NCBI GenBank assembly: GCA_036493895.1
Contig: DASXOZ010000070.1
Coordinates: 38,868-102,867 of the forward strand
Direction: 5' to 3'
Length of the DNA stretch: 64,000 bases
DNA from: Candidatus Binatia bacterium
GTDB lineage: Bacteria; Desulfobacterota; Binatia; UBA1149; CAITLU01
Within the stretch, counting starts at the first letter, position 1; each line of letters opens with the position of its first letter. This document shows positions 28,481-38,091 of this stretch, one piece after another. The position numbers and the translations under genes were made by a program. The notes beneath the pieces were generated by a model. That model ran no database searches and was not told where the DNA came from. It saw nothing but the letters and a program-made list of their open reading frames with translations.

Positions 28481-30358
28481 TCAGAATGCGGCGGTACGCA
28501 CGAAGGTCGTGTAGCCGGCGCGCTTCAGCGTAGCCTCGTGCAGCGCGGCCTCCTGGCGGTTGGCAAACGATCCGCTCATCACCCGGAAGAGCCCGCCTTC
28601 CTCGACGATGTGCGTCGGCTTGCCGTGGATTTTCGTCGCGAGGTCTTCGGCGTTGCGGCGGGTCTTGAACGCACCGAGCTGCACCGTGTAGACGGGCGCG
28701 GCGACGTGGGCCGGCGTCGACTTTGTCGGGTTGGTTCCGCGCGAAACCGGAACCTCCGTGATGGCACTCTCGGCCCTGGCCGCGGCGCGCGTCGGACCGC
28801 CCTCCGCGGCTTGACGCGGGTGAGAAGGCGCGTCGTGGGCTGCCGGCGCCGGCAGGAAAGGACCGACGACCTGATCGGCGCGCGAGCTGGCCGCAACGAG
28901 CGGCGGGTGCGAAGGCGGATTCGGCATCGCAACCTGGTCAGGCTGCTGCGCAACCCTTGCCACCTCGACCGTCGCCGGCCGCGGCGGCTGGGCCCTCCAG
29001 AGCGCGACATGCGCATCGGCGTCGGCCGCCTCGGCATTTTTCGCCAGGCGCATGATCTGGGAAGGATCGCTGGTCAGCGCGCCGGCAAAGAGCTGGGCAT
29101 CGCGGCCGTGGTGGGCGTCACTCGGCGCCCCCGGAACGCGGTTGGCGGCCCAGACGAGAGCGCCGCACGCGGCAACGCTGAGCACCGTGCGTCCGATCAG
29201 GCGGCGGCGCCGCGGATTGGTTGCGCCGCCGGCGCGGCCGAAGACTGCCTCCTCTCCGCGCGTGAGATCGACGCCGAGAGCGTCCGCGGCAGGAGCACTC
29301 CTGGTCCACGACAGACCGCGTGCGGGCGCCGCGAGCACTTCTTCTTCTGCCTCCGCGTCGTCCGCTTCCCATTCATCGTCTTCTTCGTGGTGGGCCTGCC
29401 AGTCTTCGTCGCCTGCTGCGACGGCGATCTTGTCGCGGTGGTCCCAGCCCCCAACCTCCTCTTCGTCGCCGGCGCTCCAGCGTTCTTCTTCTTCGATGTC
29501 GGCCGCGAGCTCGAAGCGCAGCGGCTGCTGGTTCTTTGCCATGATTTCCTCGTCCTCCTCTTCCGCCACCGCGTGGCAATGGACCATCGCGACGTCTTCG
29601 GCCGCGACACGGCGCTGGCCGCGTGCTCCGCTCCTGCGCAGCGACTCGGCCGCCAGCGTCTCCAGCCGCACCAGGCACCCCTGCGACTTGATCACGATCT
29701 CGTCGATCGCCTCGTCGCTGAACAGCGTTGCCAGCTCGCCGCCGCACATCGCCAGCCTTCGCTCGAGGTAACGGACGCTCTCGCGAAGCGCGAGGGGATC
29801 GATGCGGCAGATCTGCAGGAGATGCTCGCCGAGCGCGCGACCGCCTCCGGCCCGCATGCGTTCGAGAAGGCGGGGACGCCCGAACAGGAACACGTACAGG
29901 CGAATCGGCTCGTCGTCGTCGAACAGCGCGGCGAGGTCTTCGAGTGCCTGCGGCGACAGTCGCGACGCATCGTCGACGACGATCACCGAGGCAACGCCGT
30001 CGCGCGCGCGGCCGCGCACGTGCTCGCGCAGCGCACCGATCCAGTCCTTGTCGTCGGCGCCCGAAGCGTCACCGCTGAGCGATTTCAGTGCATCGCGCGC
30101 GACCGCCGACGCAGACGAAGTCGGATGCTCGAGAAGAACGGTGTCGGCCGTCCGTGAAAGGCGCCGCGCGAAGGCGCTGGCAGCCATCGACTTGCCGCTG
30201 CCGGGCGCACCGACGAGCACGCTGACACCTTGAGGTGCGCGAAGTCCGGACTGCAGCTCCGAGAGAATCGAGCCCAGCGTGTTCGGCAGGCACGCGTCGT
30301 CGAGATCGGCATCGCGCGCAAAAGGATCGCGGGAGAGTCCCGCTCGAACCGTTTCCAT
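28481..30358 (-). CDS. ExeA/GspA-like AAA+ ATPase with acidic linker, one TM helix, Pro-rich periplasmic region and C-terminal SPOR domain
   Basis: Walker A VLVGAPGSGKSM and an ExeA-like AAA domain. A Glu/Asp-rich stretch of ~70 aa follows. The C-terminus carries a SPOR domain (YTVQLGAF..FRVMSGSF). METV start has a GGAGG RBS. Confidence 0.75.
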   Translation of the reverse strand: METVRAGLSRDPFARDADLDDACLPNTLGSILSELQSGLRAPQGVSVLVGAPGSGKSMAASAFARRLSRTADTVLLEHPTSSASAVARDALKSLSGDASGADDKDWIGALREHVRGRARDGVASVIVVDDASRLSPQALEDLAALFDDDEPIRLYVFLFGRPRLLERMRAGGGRALGEHLLQICRIDPLALRESVRYLERRLAMCGGELATLFSDEAIDEIVIKSQGCLVRLETLAAESLRRSGARGQRRVAAEDVAMVHCHAVAEEEDEEIMAKNQQPLRFELAADIEEEERWSAGDEEEVGGWDHRDKIAVAAGDEDWQAHHEEDDEWEADDAEAEEEVLAAPARGLSWTRSAPAADALGVDLTRGEEAVFGRAGGATNPRRRRLIGRTVLSVAACGALVWAANRVPGAPSDAHHGRDAQLFAGALTSDPSQIMRLAKNAEAADADAHVALWRAQPPRPATVEVARVAQQPDQVAMPNPPSHPPLVAASSRADQVVGPFLPAPAAHDAPSHPRQAAEGGPTRAAARAESAITEVPVSRGTNPTKSTPAHVAAPVYTVQLGAFKTRRNAEDLATKIHGKPTHIVEEGGLFRVMSGSFANRQEAALHEATLKRAGYTTFVRTAAF

Positions 30359-30521
30359 CCACCACCTCCACAACCCACAAGCCGACCCTCTCTTCTGTGA
30401 AGGGGAGCCGTTCCTGTCTGCGCGGGCGTTTCCGAACGCGCGCGCAGACCATCGAGGCTAGCACACGCCTTCCGGCGTTCAACGGAACCGGGCGTTTCGG
30501 ACAAAAATGGCCGGTGAAAGC

Positions 30522-31673
30522 TCAGACTGCGCGGGGTGCGCAGGCTCTCGCAATGCAGGCGCCCTGCAGCAGGCGCGAGAACAGCAGCAGAGGGTCGATC
30601 GAAGAGCTCTTGAGGGCGGCATCGAGGCGGCGCACCTCGCCGTGGAGCCGCAGCAGCTCGTCCTGGTGGAAACGCGAAGCGGCCAGCAGCCGGAAATACC
30701 CGGGCCACCCGCGAAGCGGCTCCGGAAGAGAAGCGCCGGGCCCGGCAAGAAACTCGTCCCCCCGCATTCGCAGTGCTCCGCGAGGCAATCGATCGACGAT
30801 GGGACGCGCAGTGACGAGGCCGGCTATGTGAACGGCAAGCAGCGCGACGAGCTTGATCGGCGGCTCGCCCTCGGACAGCAATCTTGCGATGAGTTGCTCG
30901 GCGGCAGCGAGGTCACGCTTTCCGACTGCCTCGGTGAGATCGAACACCCAGCCGACCGAAAGGTCGCGCATCGAGCTGCGCACCCCTGCCGCCGACAGCT
31001 GCGAGGGGTCGGCCTGCGCGAGCACCACTCGCTGGATCTCCTGAAGCATCTCGCCGACGAGGTTTCCGCTTCGGCGCACGATCTCGTCGAGAGCGCCGCC
31101 TTCGATGCGTGCAACGCCGAGCTCCTGGAGCTTGCCCTGCGCCGCACGGCGCAGATCGGACTCCGAAAGGCGCCCGCGCCGGGCTCCCTTGAACTCGAGC
31201 TTCATGCGGCGGTCGCGAACGTCGGCGTTCTTGGCGAACCACTTGTAGAGCCTGCCACGCGCGTCCAGCGTCGCGGCAGTGACGACGAGCGTCGCACCGG
31301 CCGGAACGCCGTGCTCGACAAGCTCGAGAAGCTCGGCCGCGTTGTCCGCGTCGCCTTCGTCGGCACCCTCGTCGATCTCGTCGTCCTGGTCCTCGTCTTC
31401 CTTCCCGGCGCGCGACGGGGATGCCGCTGCGCTCCGACGCGATTCGACGAAGCCGCGCAGCCAGATGCAGCGATGAGGCGAAAACATCCCGACTTGCCGC
31501 AGGGACGCTTCGATTCCCGCGATCGGGTGTTCCCCGAACCGGAACGTTTCGAAGTCGACGGCTAGCGAATCGCCGCCGAGCTTCTCGCGCACCGCGGCGT
31601 GAACCATAGGATCGACGACGGACGCGTCGCCGAGGAAGAGAAGGATGCGAGGATCGCCGGCAGCTGCAGTCAT
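30522..31673 (-). CDS. holA: DNA polymerase III subunit delta
   Basis: HolA-like 383-aa protein. Confidence 0.75.
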   Translation of the reverse strand: MTAAAGDPRILLFLGDASVVDPMVHAAVREKLGGDSLAVDFETFRFGEHPIAGIEASLRQVGMFSPHRCIWLRGFVESRRSAAASPSRAGKEDEDQDDEIDEGADEGDADNAAELLELVEHGVPAGATLVVTAATLDARGRLYKWFAKNADVRDRRMKLEFKGARRGRLSESDLRRAAQGKLQELGVARIEGGALDEIVRRSGNLVGEMLQEIQRVVLAQADPSQLSAAGVRSSMRDLSVGWVFDLTEAVGKRDLAAAEQLIARLLSEGEPPIKLVALLAVHIAGLVTARPIVDRLPRGALRMRGDEFLAGPGASLPEPLRGWPGYFRLLAASRFHQDELLRLHGEVRRLDAALKSSSIDPLLLFSRLLQGACIARACAPRAV

Positions 31674-32179
31674 GACACGGCGGCGGCGGTCTTCGGCCGG
31701 CGCACGCGGCTGCGCCGGATGGGAACCCAGATGCCGACGGCGCTTGCCAGAAGGCGCTCGCGCGCATCGACGATCGAGGCTTCGACGCGAAGTGCACCGT
31801 CGGTCTCCTCACCGGCGATGCGCGCATGCACGCGCAGCTGCTGGTCGATGCGGACAGGCCTTCGGAAATCGACGCTCAGCGAGCGCGTCACCGCGTAGCG
31901 CCCAGCAAGCTCGAGGATCGCCCACCCCATTGCTTCGTCGAGAAGCGTCGAGACGATGCCGCCGTGCGCGAGGCCGTCGTAGCCGGCGAAGGTATCGTCG
32001 AGCACGGTCGTCGCCTCGACGCTTTCCTCGCCGCGGCCGCGCCGGAACACGAGCCCGAGACCGCGCGAGTTGGCCGAGCCGCAGCCGAAGCAGCCGGCGG
32101 CTTCCGAGCTTTCGCGATCGTCACCCACTCCGTCGCTTCTTCGTCCGGGGCAGCGGCCAGTCAACCGGCCCCGCTGCAA
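31670..32179 (-). CDS. PaaI-family (hotdog) thioesterase
   Basis: CFGCG..HGG hotdog motif. ATGA overlap with holA. Confidence 0.65.
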   Translation of the reverse strand: MQRGRLTGRCPGRRSDGVGDDRESSEAAGCFGCGSANSRGLGLVFRRGRGEESVEATTVLDDTFAGYDGLAHGGIVSTLLDEAMGWAILELAGRYAVTRSLSVDFRRPVRIDQQLRVHARIAGEETDGALRVEASIVDARERLLASAVGIWVPIRRSRVRRPKTAAAVS

Positions 32180-32283
32180 ACCGGCGTGCCGCCGCGGCAG
32201 CGGCCCGCCCGCATTGCCGCAGCGTGCCTCAAGTGCCCGTCAGGCGCCCCGGCAGGCGAGAACCGGCCGCTGGTGTGAGCAAG

Positions 32284-32297
32284 TGGAACATGTTCTA
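32284..32297. promoter_or_regulatory. KstR-type operator TGGAACATGTTCTA (TnnAACnnGTTnnA), 10 nt upstream of the kstR-like start
   Basis: Perfect 10-bp palindrome GAACATGTTC that fits the published KstR consensus. It sits in the divergent intergenic region. Confidence 0.55.
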
Positions 32298-32306
32298 ATT
32301 TCGCCC

Positions 32307-32921
32307 GTGAACCCGAGGGCGCGGCGCATCGTCGACACCGCGATCGACCTTGCCGAAAAAGGCGGTTTCGAAGCCGTGCGCCTCCGCGACGTGGCTGCCG
32401 AGGCCGACGTCGCGCTCGGCACCCTCTATCGCTACTTCCGCAGCAAGGAAGACATGCTGATCGCCGCGCTCACCTCCGAAGTCGAAGGCCTCGAGGCGCG
32501 CATCCAGGCCAGGCCGATGGTCGGAGACACACCTCTGGCGCGCGTCGACGCGTTCTTTCGCGTCGCGACCAAGGGGCTGATGCGGCGCCCCCGCCTCGCT
32601 CGCGCGATCCTTCGCGCAGCGGCCTCCGGCGACCACGAACTCGCGGAAAAAGTGGCCGCGTTCCATTCGCGCATGAGCGCGATGATCCTGGCGGCTATGC
32701 ATGCCGAGCCCGTCGCCGTGCCCGCGGGCAACGGCGCACATCCGCCACGTCTTGCCGCAAGCGAAGACGAGCTGTCCGTGGCGATCCTGCTGCAGCACAT
32801 GTGGTTCTCGTGCCTGATCGGCTGGGCCGGCGGGCTGATGAGCCAGAACGAAGTGATCGAACGAATGGGCACGGCCACCTCCTTGTTGACGCGCGCTGCG
32901 CAAAGCAACGGAGCCCGCTGA
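32307..32921 (+). CDS. kstR: TetR-family repressor, KstR ortholog
   Basis: The HTH region is near-identical in pattern to M. tuberculosis KstR (RIVDTAIDLAEKGGFEAVRLRDVAAEADVALGTLYRYFRSKEDMLIAAL). Confidence 0.8.
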   Translation: MNPRARRIVDTAIDLAEKGGFEAVRLRDVAAEADVALGTLYRYFRSKEDMLIAALTSEVEGLEARIQARPMVGDTPLARVDAFFRVATKGLMRRPRLARAILRAAASGDHELAEKVAAFHSRMSAMILAAMHAEPVAVPAGNGAHPPRLAASEDELSVAILLQHMWFSCLIGWAGGLMSQNEVIERMGTATSLLTRAAQSNGAR

Positions 32922-33000
32922 TGCGGCGTGGGCACGACACAAACGCCCTGCCCCGCACTGCGTCGGCGAGGTCGTCGACACTCGAACGGAGAAGCACGCG

Positions 33001-33963
33001 ATGAACACGTCCACCCGCTACCCGATGACGCCCTATCCGAACGGCTGGTTCCAGGTGGCCTACAGCGACGAGCTGGAAACCGGCAAGGCCGAGCCCCTGC
33101 ACTACTTCGGGCGCGATTACGTGCTGTACCGCGGCGAAGACGGTGCGGCGCGCGTGTTCGACGCGTTCTGTCCTCACCTCGGTGCCCACCTCGGCTACGG
33201 CGGCAAGGTCGACGGCAACAACATCCAGTGCCCGTTCCACGGCTGGCATTACGACGGCAGCGGAAAGTGTTTCGAGATACCGTACGGAAAGCGCATTCCG
33301 CCGTCCGCAAAGCTTCGCGCGCACCCCGTCGCCGAGAAGAACGGGCTGGTGATGCTGTGGCATCACGCCGGCGGAAAAGCTCCCGACTGGGAAGTTCCCG
33401 TCGTGCCGCAGTACGGCCTCGACGGCTGGACCCCGTACGTCAAGCGTCGCTGGAAGATCCGCACGCACAACCAGGACATGGCCGAGAACTCGGTGGACCA
33501 GGCCCACTTCCGTTACGTCCACGGCACCCTGACGGTTCCGCAGAGCCAGGCGACGACCGACGGTCCGTGCCTGCACGTGCTGTCGCAGATGAAGATGGGC
33601 ACGCCGGCAGGCGAGATCGACGGCAGCATCGAGTCGAAGTCCTGGGGCTTCGGTTTCGGGCAGGTGACGTTCCGCGGCATCGTCGAGACGTCGCTCGTCA
33701 CGTCGGTGACGCCGATCGACGGAGAGTACGTCGACGTGCGCTTTTCGTTCAGCGTCAAGAGCCTCGGCGACGAAAGGACGACGCGCGGGGTCGGCAAGGC
33801 GCTGATCGCCGACATCGACAAGCAGATGCGCGAAGACATCCCGATCTGGGAGAACAAGGCGTTCCTGGAAAGGCCGGTGCTGTGCGACGGCGACGGCCCG
33901 ATCGGCGTCTTCCGCACCTGGTGCCATCAGTTCTACAGCGAGGCGACCCCAGCCGCCGCGTAA
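33001..33963 (+). CDS. Rieske [2Fe-2S] non-heme-iron oxygenase, KshA-like class IA
   Basis: Rieske site CPHLGAHL..CPFHGW plus a mononuclear-iron catalytic domain. It is adjacent to kstR. Confidence 0.75.
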   Translation: MNTSTRYPMTPYPNGWFQVAYSDELETGKAEPLHYFGRDYVLYRGEDGAARVFDAFCPHLGAHLGYGGKVDGNNIQCPFHGWHYDGSGKCFEIPYGKRIPPSAKLRAHPVAEKNGLVMLWHHAGGKAPDWEVPVVPQYGLDGWTPYVKRRWKIRTHNQDMAENSVDQAHFRYVHGTLTVPQSQATTDGPCLHVLSQMKMGTPAGEIDGSIESKSWGFGFGQVTFRGIVETSLVTSVTPIDGEYVDVRFSFSVKSLGDERTTRGVGKALIADIDKQMREDIPIWENKAFLERPVLCDGDGPIGVFRTWCHQFYSEATPAAA

Positions 33964-34113
33964 AGCAACCCACACAGTCGGGCGCAGCGCGCTCGAACAG
34001 GGGCGCGCGTGCAGCGCGCCCGAACAGGAACCGCACGCTCGCCGCGTTGGTCGAGCGGGCTTCGACCTTGAGTCGAACGGCGACCTGCGGTAAGCCTCGC
34101 CTTCCGCCCGAAC

Positions 34114-36636
34114 ATGACCATGAACGAGAGCCTGACGAAGGACGCTGCCGGCGCCGACAGCGGAGCTTCGGGGCTCGAGGTCGCGGGATGGGGACCCGAG
34201 CCCCACGCCGGCGTGCAGGTCTCGCTGCTGCTGACCTCGGCGGCGCTGCTGATCCTCGAAATCTCGCTGACGCGCTTCTTCTCCTACACGATCTGGTACC
34301 ACCTGGCGTACCTGACGATCAGCATGGCGCTGCTCGGCTTCGGCTCCTCCGGGGCGATCCTCGCGGCCTTTCCGAATCTGCTCGCGCGCCACGGGCAGCG
34401 GCTGCTGGTCGGTGCGCTGCTGGCAGCGTCGGTGTTCATCGTCGCGGGCATCTCGTTCCTGGCGCAATTCCCGATCGAGACGCAGAACCTTTTTCTCAAG
34501 CCGTGGCAGTTCTCGTTCAGCCTGTTCTGTTACTACGGGATCGTCTCGACGCCGTTCGTTCTTGCGGGCTTCGCGGTGGGAGCGCCGTTTTCGGCGTGGC
34601 CGTCGCGGATGGGACGTCTGTACTTCTGCGACCTGGCGGGCGCAGCGATCGGCTGCGCTTGCGTGACGCCGCTGATCTCGCTCGTCGGCGTTCCCGGCCT
34701 CATTCTCTCTTCGTCGGCCCTGCTGCTGATGTCGGCGGCGGCGCTGCTGTGGAGCGGCGGCAGTCGCCGCCGCGGCGCATGGCTGGCTGCGACCGCGTGC
34801 GTGGTGCTGGCCTGCTCGGGGACTCTCGGTGAGAGGCTGCCGATCACCATCGCATCATCGAAGAACCTCGGCCCCGTCGATACCTCCGCCGACACCACCC
34901 ACCAGGACAGCGAGCATTTTCATCGCTGGACGCCGATCAGCCGCGTCGATGCCTGGGGCTGGAACCAGCCGTCCACCGGTTCGTTCTGGACCGGTATCGG
35001 GCTCAGCCAGTCGTGGACCGGAGTGTTGCCGGAAGTCGCGCGGCTGACTTACGACGGGTCGAACGGTTCCGACATCTTTTCCGGACGAGGAGACCTGGCT
35101 CGCAACTTCGAGATGCTCGACCATCACATTCTCACGGCGCCGTACGTCCTGCTGCATGCGCCGGACGTGCTGGTGATCGGAGTCGGCGGAGGCATCGACA
35201 TCTTCAATGCCCTCGAGCATCACGCTCATCACGTGACCGGCGCCGAGCTGCAGCCGGTTACCGTCGACCTGCTCGAGAACCGCCTGCGCGATTTCACCGG
35301 CGGCATCTATCATCGCGACGACGTCACGCTGGTCGCGAGCGAGGGCCGCCACTTCGTCCACAAGAGCGACCAGCGCTTCGATCTGGTGCAGATCACCGCC
35401 GTGGACACGTTTGCGGCCCAGGCAGCCGGGGCCTACGTGCTCGCGGAGAGCTACCTCTACACCGTCGAAGCGATGCAGGACTACCTCGCGCACCTGTCTC
35501 CCGACGGCATGGTCTCGACGGTCATCGGGGATTTCGTCACTCCCGGACAGGCGCCGCCGCTGGTTACGCGCCTGGCGATGCTCGGGCGCCGGGCGCTCGA
35601 GCGCAACGGCGTAGCCGATCCCGCCGGCCACATCGTGGTCGCGGTTGCATCGGTCGCGGGGCACGGCAGCCAGAACGAGATCGTGCTCGTCAGGAAGTCT
35701 CCGTTCCAGGCGAGTGACATCGCGGCGTTGCAGAAGTTCCTCGACGCGAACGGATTCACGATGCTTTACGACCCAGGGAGCCGGAGCGGCCCCCTGGCGG
35801 CGCTGCTTGCCGGCAATGAGACCGAGCGCGCCGCAGCGCTCGAATCGTCCATTTTCAACGTCGAAGCGTCGACCGACGAGAACCCGTTCTTCTACAATGT
35901 CGGCAAGTGGGCGAACCTGTCGCCGGACCACACGATCTTCTACATCATGCCGGGATCGTTCGTCGGCCAGGTGGTCCTGATCCTGATGGTCGTGCAATCG
36001 ACGCTGATCGGAGTCGTGCTGGTGCTCGGTCCGCTGCTGCTAGGAGCGCGGGAAGGCCTGCCGGCCTCGGGGGCGTGGGCGTACCTTGCCTATTTCCTCG
36101 CGCTCGGGATCGGCTTCATGTTCGTCGAGATTTCCTTCGTGCAGAAGTTCGTCCTGTTCCTCGGCTCTCCGATGTACGCGCTGTCGGTCACGATCTTCTC
36201 GCTGCTGCTGTTCTCCGCGTGCGGTAGCCTTGCGTCGACTTCCTGGGCGTCGCGGCCGCGCGCGGCGCTGCGCCGGATCGCGCCGCTTGCCGCGATCCTC
36301 ATCGTCGCCTACGCGCTCGGCCTGGCCCGTGTTTTCGATTCCGCGCTGCAGCTGGACATCGGGTGGCGCATCGCGATCTCGATCGCCGTGCAGGCGCCGA
36401 TCGGGCTGGTGCTCGGGACGTTCATGCCGCTCGGGATCGCGACGATCGCGCGCGAGCACGCCCGCCTGGTGCCGTGGGCCTGGGGCGTCAACGGCGTCGG
36501 CTCGGTAGCGGGAACCACCCTTGCAGTGCTGATCGCGATGTCGGCCGGTTTTCGCACCGTGTCGTTCCTGGCGGCGGCGCTGTACCTCGTTGCGGCGACG
36601 ACGCTGCTGCGCGCGACCGCGACCGCGTCGCGATAA
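34114..36636 (+). CDS. Polytopic membrane protein with an embedded spermidine-synthase-like (aminopropyltransferase-fold) domain
   Basis: About 11 TM helices flank a SpeE-like domain (VLVIGVGGGIDI..DLVQITAVDTF). Confidence 0.7.
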   Translation: MTMNESLTKDAAGADSGASGLEVAGWGPEPHAGVQVSLLLTSAALLILEISLTRFFSYTIWYHLAYLTISMALLGFGSSGAILAAFPNLLARHGQRLLVGALLAASVFIVAGISFLAQFPIETQNLFLKPWQFSFSLFCYYGIVSTPFVLAGFAVGAPFSAWPSRMGRLYFCDLAGAAIGCACVTPLISLVGVPGLILSSSALLLMSAAALLWSGGSRRRGAWLAATACVVLACSGTLGERLPITIASSKNLGPVDTSADTTHQDSEHFHRWTPISRVDAWGWNQPSTGSFWTGIGLSQSWTGVLPEVARLTYDGSNGSDIFSGRGDLARNFEMLDHHILTAPYVLLHAPDVLVIGVGGGIDIFNALEHHAHHVTGAELQPVTVDLLENRLRDFTGGIYHRDDVTLVASEGRHFVHKSDQRFDLVQITAVDTFAAQAAGAYVLAESYLYTVEAMQDYLAHLSPDGMVSTVIGDFVTPGQAPPLVTRLAMLGRRALERNGVADPAGHIVVAVASVAGHGSQNEIVLVRKSPFQASDIAALQKFLDANGFTMLYDPGSRSGPLAALLAGNETERAAALESSIFNVEASTDENPFFYNVGKWANLSPDHTIFYIMPGSFVGQVVLILMVVQSTLIGVVLVLGPLLLGAREGLPASGAWAYLAYFLALGIGFMFVEISFVQKFVLFLGSPMYALSVTIFSLLLFSACGSLASTSWASRPRAALRRIAPLAAILIVAYALGLARVFDSALQLDIGWRIAISIAVQAPIGLVLGTFMPLGIATIAREHARLVPWAWGVNGVGSVAGTTLAVLIAMSAGFRTVSFLAAALYLVAATTLLRATATASR

Positions 36637-36639
36637 TCT

Positions 36640-38079
36640 TTACGACGGCGCCGCGGCGCTCGCCGCGGATCCCAGCGCTGCAGCGCGCAGCTCTTCGAAA
36701 GAGCGGCGCAGCGCATCGACGAACACGTCGAGATCCGGCACGAGGTCCCAGTCGGCCAGCACTCCCCAGTGCAGCACGCCGGCGTAGCTGAACAACGCGA
36801 CACCGAGCCCCTGGTTCCTCAGCAGGTTCACCATCGGATAGATCTCGCGCAGCGTCGCGTCGAGCAGGAACAGCTCGAGCTGCGGACCCGGCACGTTCGT
36901 CACGACGAGATTGAAAGGTCGCGAGCGCATCGAAAGCCGCGCCGCGTTGGCCAGAAGCCTCCACGTCGTCATGTCGCTGACGCTCGCGAGCACCTGAGCG
37001 CCGAGCGCCTGCTTGGACTCCTTGAGCCGGTGCGTCGTGATGCGCACGCGCTCCAGTCGCGAAACCGGATCGGCCTCGTCCACCGGAAGGTCCGTCATCC
37101 ACAGCGCGATGCGGTTTCCGAGGCTGCCGCGCTCGTCGGCGTGCCGCACGCTCACCGGAACGTTCGCGCGGATGCTGAGCTCGTCGGGATCCACTCCGCG
37201 TTGAAGGAGGAAGCGGCGCACGGCGCCGGCCACGGTCGCGAGCACGACGTCGTTGACGGTGCCGCCGAGCACGTTCTTGACTGCCTTGATCTCGGCAAGA
37301 TCCAGGCGCAGCCAGTCGAAGCGGCGATGGGGGCCGATCTCGCGGTTCCACGGAGTTCCCGAAGCCTGCCGGGCCGTGGACGAAAGCGTTTCGGCGATGC
37401 CTTCGACTCCCTCGACGACGTCGCGGGCCAGGGCCGCAGGGTCGCCGAGCCTGGAGCCGAGCGACATCAGCGCTCCTACCGGCTCGCTGACGCTGCGCCA
37501 GGCCTCCGCCAGCACCAGCGCAGGAGCGGTCGGCGCCGGACGCGGCACGAAACTCGGGCCCGGGTCGAAACTCTGCGACGCAAACGGGCTCAGCAGCACG
37601 GCCATCAGGTCGACGCCGGAGATGCCGTCGATCATGCAGTGATGGGTTTTCTGGACTACCGCGAAGCGAGTGCCGTCTTCGAGGCCCTCGACGACCCAGA
37701 ACTCCCACAGCGGCTTGGCCCGGTCGATTCGCTGCGACTGGATCCGTGCGGCCAGCAGCTTGAGCTGTTCCATCGAGCCCGGCCGCGGAAGGCTCGTGTG
37801 CCGCACGTGGTAAGCCAGGTTGAAGTGGTCGTCGTCGACCCACACCGGCAGGCGCCCGAACGGAACGTAAGCCAGGCGCTGGCGGTAGCGCGGAATCAGG
37901 TGCAGCCGCGATTCGACGTACGCACGCACGCGCTCGATGTCGATGCCACCGGACGCATCGGCCAGCGATCCCGCGTCGAACACGGAGGTGGCGGCGATGT
38001 GCATGTGCGCGCCCCCGTTCTCGAGCTCGAGGAACGTGTTGTCGGACGCGGACAGGGGCTCGTAGGCAAAACCGCTCAT
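36640..38079 (-). CDS. Wax ester synthase / acyl-CoA:diacylglycerol acyltransferase (WS/DGAT)
   Basis: Catalytic HHCMIDGISG (HHxxxDG) motif in a ~480-aa WS/DGAT protein. Confidence 0.85.
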   Translation of the reverse strand: MSGFAYEPLSASDNTFLELENGGAHMHIAATSVFDAGSLADASGGIDIERVRAYVESRLHLIPRYRQRLAYVPFGRLPVWVDDDHFNLAYHVRHTSLPRPGSMEQLKLLAARIQSQRIDRAKPLWEFWVVEGLEDGTRFAVVQKTHHCMIDGISGVDLMAVLLSPFASQSFDPGPSFVPRPAPTAPALVLAEAWRSVSEPVGALMSLGSRLGDPAALARDVVEGVEGIAETLSSTARQASGTPWNREIGPHRRFDWLRLDLAEIKAVKNVLGGTVNDVVLATVAGAVRRFLLQRGVDPDELSIRANVPVSVRHADERGSLGNRIALWMTDLPVDEADPVSRLERVRITTHRLKESKQALGAQVLASVSDMTTWRLLANAARLSMRSRPFNLVVTNVPGPQLELFLLDATLREIYPMVNLLRNQGLGVALFSYAGVLHWGVLADWDLVPDLDVFVDALRRSFEELRAAALGSAASAAAPS

Positions 38080-38091
38080 CGTCTCCTCCGC

